64,000 bases of DNA. Source: Henriciella sp. GTDB lineage: Bacteria > Pseudomonadota > Alphaproteobacteria > Caulobacterales > Hyphomonadaceae. Below the pieces are notes generated by a model. That model was not told the origin of the DNA. It searched no databases and saw only the letters and a list, made by a program, of their open reading frames with translations. The first letter of the stretch is position 1, and every line of letters starts with the position of its first letter. This document shows, one piece after another, positions 58,673-64,000 of this stretch. The DNA lies in assembly GCA_013213785.1 (NCBI GenBank), contig JABSPZ010000015.1, positions 165 through 64,164 of the forward strand, read 5' to 3'. Both the position numbers and the translations under genes were made by a program.

Positions 58673-60853
<2,181 letters not shown>

Positions 60854-60885
60854 GTCCCTTAATTAGGTACTTTTCGGATCATCGC

Positions 60886-60916
60886 AAACAAAAAGGGCGG
60901 CCATAAGGACCGCCCG
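60886..60916 (-). terminator. Intrinsic terminator after the S9 peptidase gene
   Basis: GGGCGG / CCGCCC stem with a 9-nt loop, followed on the minus strand by TTTTTGTTT. Confidence 0.7.
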
Positions 60917-60939
60917 TTTCGACTACTGAACGTCTTTGT

Positions 60940-62964
60940 CTACATCCCGCAGGTTGTTGCCAAGAACCGTTCCATTTCGGTCAAGATCTGGTCTTTGTGC
61001 TCTGGCAGCCACTTGTTTCCCTGGTGACCCATCTGCTTCAGAATGATGAATTCACTTTCTGGCTGATCTTTCTTGATCGCATTGTAGAAGTCGCGGCTGT
61101 GAAAAATCGGCACACGCACATCATAGTCACCGTGATAGAGCATTATTGGGATATTCACATGCTCAGTGTTCGCCTGAGGATCCATACCTTTAACAGTATT
61201 TCCCTGAACGATCCGTTGAATACGGTTGGCGCCCCATTCATTGCCGAGACGGGCAAGATTTGCCACACCTGCACCAGCAATTGCGCACTGGTATGGGCTG
61301 TCCGGGCGAACAGAAGCGGCGATAGCGGCGAAGCCACCATAGGAGTATCCGTGGATCGCGATTTTATCCGCGTCGACATAACCGTTTTCTACGAGCCAGG
61401 TTGCAGCATCATCCTTGTCATCCTGCATTTTTTGCCCCCATTCACCGTCGCCTGCCGTCCACAAGGCACGGCCCCAACCGTCGCTACCGCGATACTGAGG
61501 TCTCAGCACAATGTAGCCACGGCTCGCAAAATATTGAGTCCAACCAGAATTGTCGAAATTATCAAAGTCACGCGCCCAAGGCCCGCCATGCGGGTGGATA
61601 ATGGCACCGCGTGCTTTTTGTCCCTCTTGGTAGCCAGCCGGCAGTGTGATGAGAGCAGGAATCTTCATACCGTCCCGGGCATCATAGTAGACGAATTTTG
61701 ATTCGCCGAGACTTTCAGTATCGATCCAGGGGCGCTGCGAGCCAATCACAGCAACTTTGGACTTATCTACGAGCAGGAAATATGCTGGCGGGAAGTCCCC
61801 TGCACTGACCGTAAACAATACACGATTACGATCGCTCGTATAATCATTAAGGCTGACGTTTTTGCCGGGAAATGCCGCTTCCAAACCATCCTGAATGGCC
61901 TTCATTTCAGGGTCTAGCCAATACGTCGTCGTAGAGGGCCCCGCATATCGGAAACCAAGCACTTCGCCGAAATCTTCCTGCCGCTGCGACCTAATAATAT
62001 CAGTAATATTGAATTCCGGATGCGCGAACACGGGTTCAGCGCTGAATGTATTTGTCACGACATCATAAAGATAAACAGAAACTTTATCGTCAAACATATC
62101 CGTCAAAACGAAGTAGTTGTTTGTTCCTTCCTGACGAGCAACTGGCGACATCGTATACCTATCCGATATCTGAGTAGTTAGCCCTTCTTCGGTTTCAAGC
62201 GTGTTAGTCTCTGGGTTGAGTAAGCGGATGTACTGACGCCAAGCCCCATCCTCGAACTCAAGCTTCGTCGCTGTCGTCACAGTGCCGTCTCGAGAGCTAA
62301 TACCGTAGCGCTCTTCGTCACTGGCTTTGTAGAGAAACTTCTCGCGCCCGGTTTCCAAGTCATGCTCAAAGTAGCTAGTTCCATTTTTGGTTGTAGCTCG
62401 AGAAATGATGATCTTTGAAGGATCGAGCGGAAGCAAGGAAGCTACAGCGGTTTCGCCGACAAGCTCGAAACAGCGAAGCATCATTTTACTGGCACCAACT
62501 TCCGCGCGGCCATTTGGCAAGTCGTCAATCTTTTTGATCCGTTCGTTGCCCATGTAGGCTTTTTGCAGATACTTTTTTGTGGAGCCGGTAGTTTTACCTT
62601 CGCCGCACCCTTGGAGCGCGCCAGTATACGGCTGTACTGTAAACCAAAGCGACTTTTTTTGCTTGAGCGCGCTGGCCGCGAAAAAGAGCGTTCGTCCGCT
62701 TGATGGCGTAATATTTGACGGGACAAGCGGCTTCGAGACGTCGACATCACCGCTGATGTCCCAATAGGCCGCAGCGCCTTGCTCACCATCGCGAGTTGGG
62801 TCGGCAATGACGCCAACTAACATATCTCCCTCAATTGACATGGAGACACTCGAAACAGACGGGAATTTGGCAAAATCCTCGCTGCTCAACGACTTAACAT
62901 CAGAGTGGGCGGCAAATGCAAAGCTGGCCGCAATCGAGACTGCAAGCGATAAACGTTTAATCAT
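60940..62964 (-). CDS. S9-family serine peptidase (prolyl oligopeptidase/dipeptidyl aminopeptidase-like), secreted
   Basis: Signal peptide MIKRLSLAVSIAASFAFA. N-terminal beta-propeller-like region. The catalytic GYSYGG nucleophile elbow is in HGYSYGGFAA, and the C-terminal His context is MGHQG. Start set at ATG 62964 (AGGGGA SD). Confidence 0.88.
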   Translation of the reverse strand: MIKRLSLAVSIAASFAFAAHSDVKSLSSEDFAKFPSVSSVSMSIEGDMLVGVIADPTRDGEQGAAAYWDISGDVDVSKPLVPSNITPSSGRTLFFAASALKQKKSLWFTVQPYTGALQGCGEGKTTGSTKKYLQKAYMGNERIKKIDDLPNGRAEVGASKMMLRCFELVGETAVASLLPLDPSKIIISRATTKNGTSYFEHDLETGREKFLYKASDEERYGISSRDGTVTTATKLEFEDGAWRQYIRLLNPETNTLETEEGLTTQISDRYTMSPVARQEGTNNYFVLTDMFDDKVSVYLYDVVTNTFSAEPVFAHPEFNITDIIRSQRQEDFGEVLGFRYAGPSTTTYWLDPEMKAIQDGLEAAFPGKNVSLNDYTSDRNRVLFTVSAGDFPPAYFLLVDKSKVAVIGSQRPWIDTESLGESKFVYYDARDGMKIPALITLPAGYQEGQKARGAIIHPHGGPWARDFDNFDNSGWTQYFASRGYIVLRPQYRGSDGWGRALWTAGDGEWGQKMQDDKDDAATWLVENGYVDADKIAIHGYSYGGFAAIAASVRPDSPYQCAIAGAGVANLARLGNEWGANRIQRIVQGNTVKGMDPQANTEHVNIPIMLYHGDYDVRVPIFHSRDFYNAIKKDQPESEFIILKQMGHQGNKWLPEHKDQILTEMERFLATTCGM

Positions 62965-63281
62965 ATAAATCCCCTGGATTTTCATTCTCTATTCGTTGCA
63001 CATCATTCTATGTCCGTCGCCAATTCGTTATGGTCAAGGCTAAGAATGTAAATACGCATCACAGTTTCGCGATAATCAGCAAATTCATGCCCCTCCGACA
63101 GTGATCTGAAAGACACAGCAACCCAAGCAAGTCAGTATTCTGATCACATTTTCCGCAAGATTGCTTGTCGATTGGAAGTGTAGCGGGCAGTTATTCCTCG
63201 ATAAGGGACTGAGAAAATTTAGGTCCCCTATTAGCGTTGAACGAATAAAGAATTTCCCAGCCGGGAAATCAGGGGTTAGAT

Positions 63282-64000
63282 ATGAAAAGATTCTCGTACC
63301 GGAAATCGGTATTAAGTGGCGTCGCGCTTGGCGCATTGACTTTGTCAGGCACTGCAATCGCCCAAGAAAACAACGATGAGGTTGTTGTAGAAGTCGTCGA
63401 AGAAGCTGTAGATGACGAAGCTCGCCAAGAGAAAATCGTGGTGACAGGTTCATTGATTGCTCGCGACGAGTACAGCTCTGCGTCTCCAATTCAAGTTATT
63501 ACCGCCGAAGTCGCGACGCTTGAAGGCCTCGTCGACACAGCAGCACTCCTACAAGGATCTTCCCTCGCTGCGGGCTCAACCCAGCTAAACAATACTTTCC
63601 AGAACTTCGTCACCAATGGCGGCGTTGGCACCCAGACAATCGACCTCCGCGGGTGTGGTGACACACGTACATTGGTTCTGATCGACGGTAAGCGTCCTGG
63701 TCCTTCTGGGACACGTGGTGCAGTTGCGGCGCTTGACTTGAACGTTGTACCACAGTCAATCATTTCTCGTGTCGAAGTTCTTAAAGACGGCGCTTCTACC
63801 GCATATGGTTCTGACGCGGTTTGTGGTGTGGTCAACATCATCACGCGTGACAGCGTCGACGGCCTTGAACTCAACGGTAATTTTGTTTTACCGGAAGAGA
63901 GCGGCGGCGAAGAGTTTCGTCTGAGCGCAGCGTATGGCTTCGAAGTCGGCGACAATATGGACTTCACGATTTCTGCAGAATATCGTTTGCAGCAAGAGCT
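63282..64000 (+). CDS. TonB-dependent receptor, N-terminal part (continues past the right window edge)
   Basis: ATG 63282 gives MKRFSYRKSVLSGVALGALTLSGTAIAQ, a signal peptide. A TonB-box-like EKIVVTGS and plug motifs IDLRGCG..RTLVLIDGKR and VEVLKDGASTAYGSDAV follow. The frame is open to the window end, which is why it is absent from the ORF track. Confidence 0.85.
   Translation, partial: MKRFSYRKSVLSGVALGALTLSGTAIAQENNDEVVVEVVEEAVDDEARQEKIVVTGSLIARDEYSSASPIQVITAEVATLEGLVDTAALLQGSSLAAGSTQLNNTFQNFVTNGGVGTQTIDLRGCGDTRTLVLIDGKRPGPSGTRGAVAALDLNVVPQSIISRVEVLKDGASTAYGSDAVCGVVNIITRDSVDGLELNGNFVLPEESGGEEFRLSAAYGFEVGDNMDFTISAEYRLQQE

Noticed and set aside
63190-63281. GGGAC-TGAGAAAATTTAG-GTCCC hairpin containing CTGAGA, plus an ATTTCCC-AGCC-GGGAAAT hairpin just upstream of the right-edge TonB receptor, which looked at first like a TPP riboswitch fragment.
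   Set aside because: The remaining THI-box elements (GGGGTGC... and ACCTGATCTGGATAATGCCAGCG) are absent. Only generic hairpins remain, with no terminator T-tract.

Overview
This 64-kb chromosomal window looks like a moderately GC-rich, probably marine alphaproteobacterium. That call rests on gene content and protein motifs only, because no database search was possible. The first ~14.3 kb is one minus-strand block of core translation and transcription genes: rplK-rplA-rplJ-rplL-rpoB-rpoC-rpsL-rpsG-fusA. fusA runs off the left edge. The rest is mostly housekeeping and envelope genes. These include several peptidases (S41, M48, M19, S9), an OmpA-family protein paired with a coiled-coil protein, two RNA methyltransferases and an ECF sigma module. 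There is also pccB, arfB, a fatty-acid/GMC oxidoreductase pair and a photolyase cluster (FeS-type and classical photolyases plus a 46-aa zinc-ribbon ORF absent from the ORF track). The list continues with a MATE pump, a YadA-like trimeric autotransporter, two TonB-dependent receptors (one runs off the right edge), a TetR/PhyH pair and uvrB. I found no rRNA, tRNA, CRISPR array, transposase or integrase. I cannot point to one obvious multi-gene novel system. The stretches most worth a second look are:
- an AT-rich orphan transcription unit at 29.06-29.40 kb, which has a 14-nt perfect complement of the 16S 3' tail, a 26-codon ORF, stacked hairpins and a strong terminator;
- a secreted Arg-rich octad-repeat, His/Tyr-rich RcnB-like protein;
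- a lipoprotein S41 protease translationally coupled to a small lipoprotein;
- an abutting OmpA/BON and TM coiled-coil helix-hairpin-helix gene pair;
- an orphan gene plus XRE regulator with a perfect palindrome between them;
- two apparent 1-nt frameshifts, one in the autotransporter adhesin and one in a membrane protein;
- three convergent gene pairs that share overlapping stop codons.
All family assignments come from motif recognition in the translations and need homology searches to confirm.
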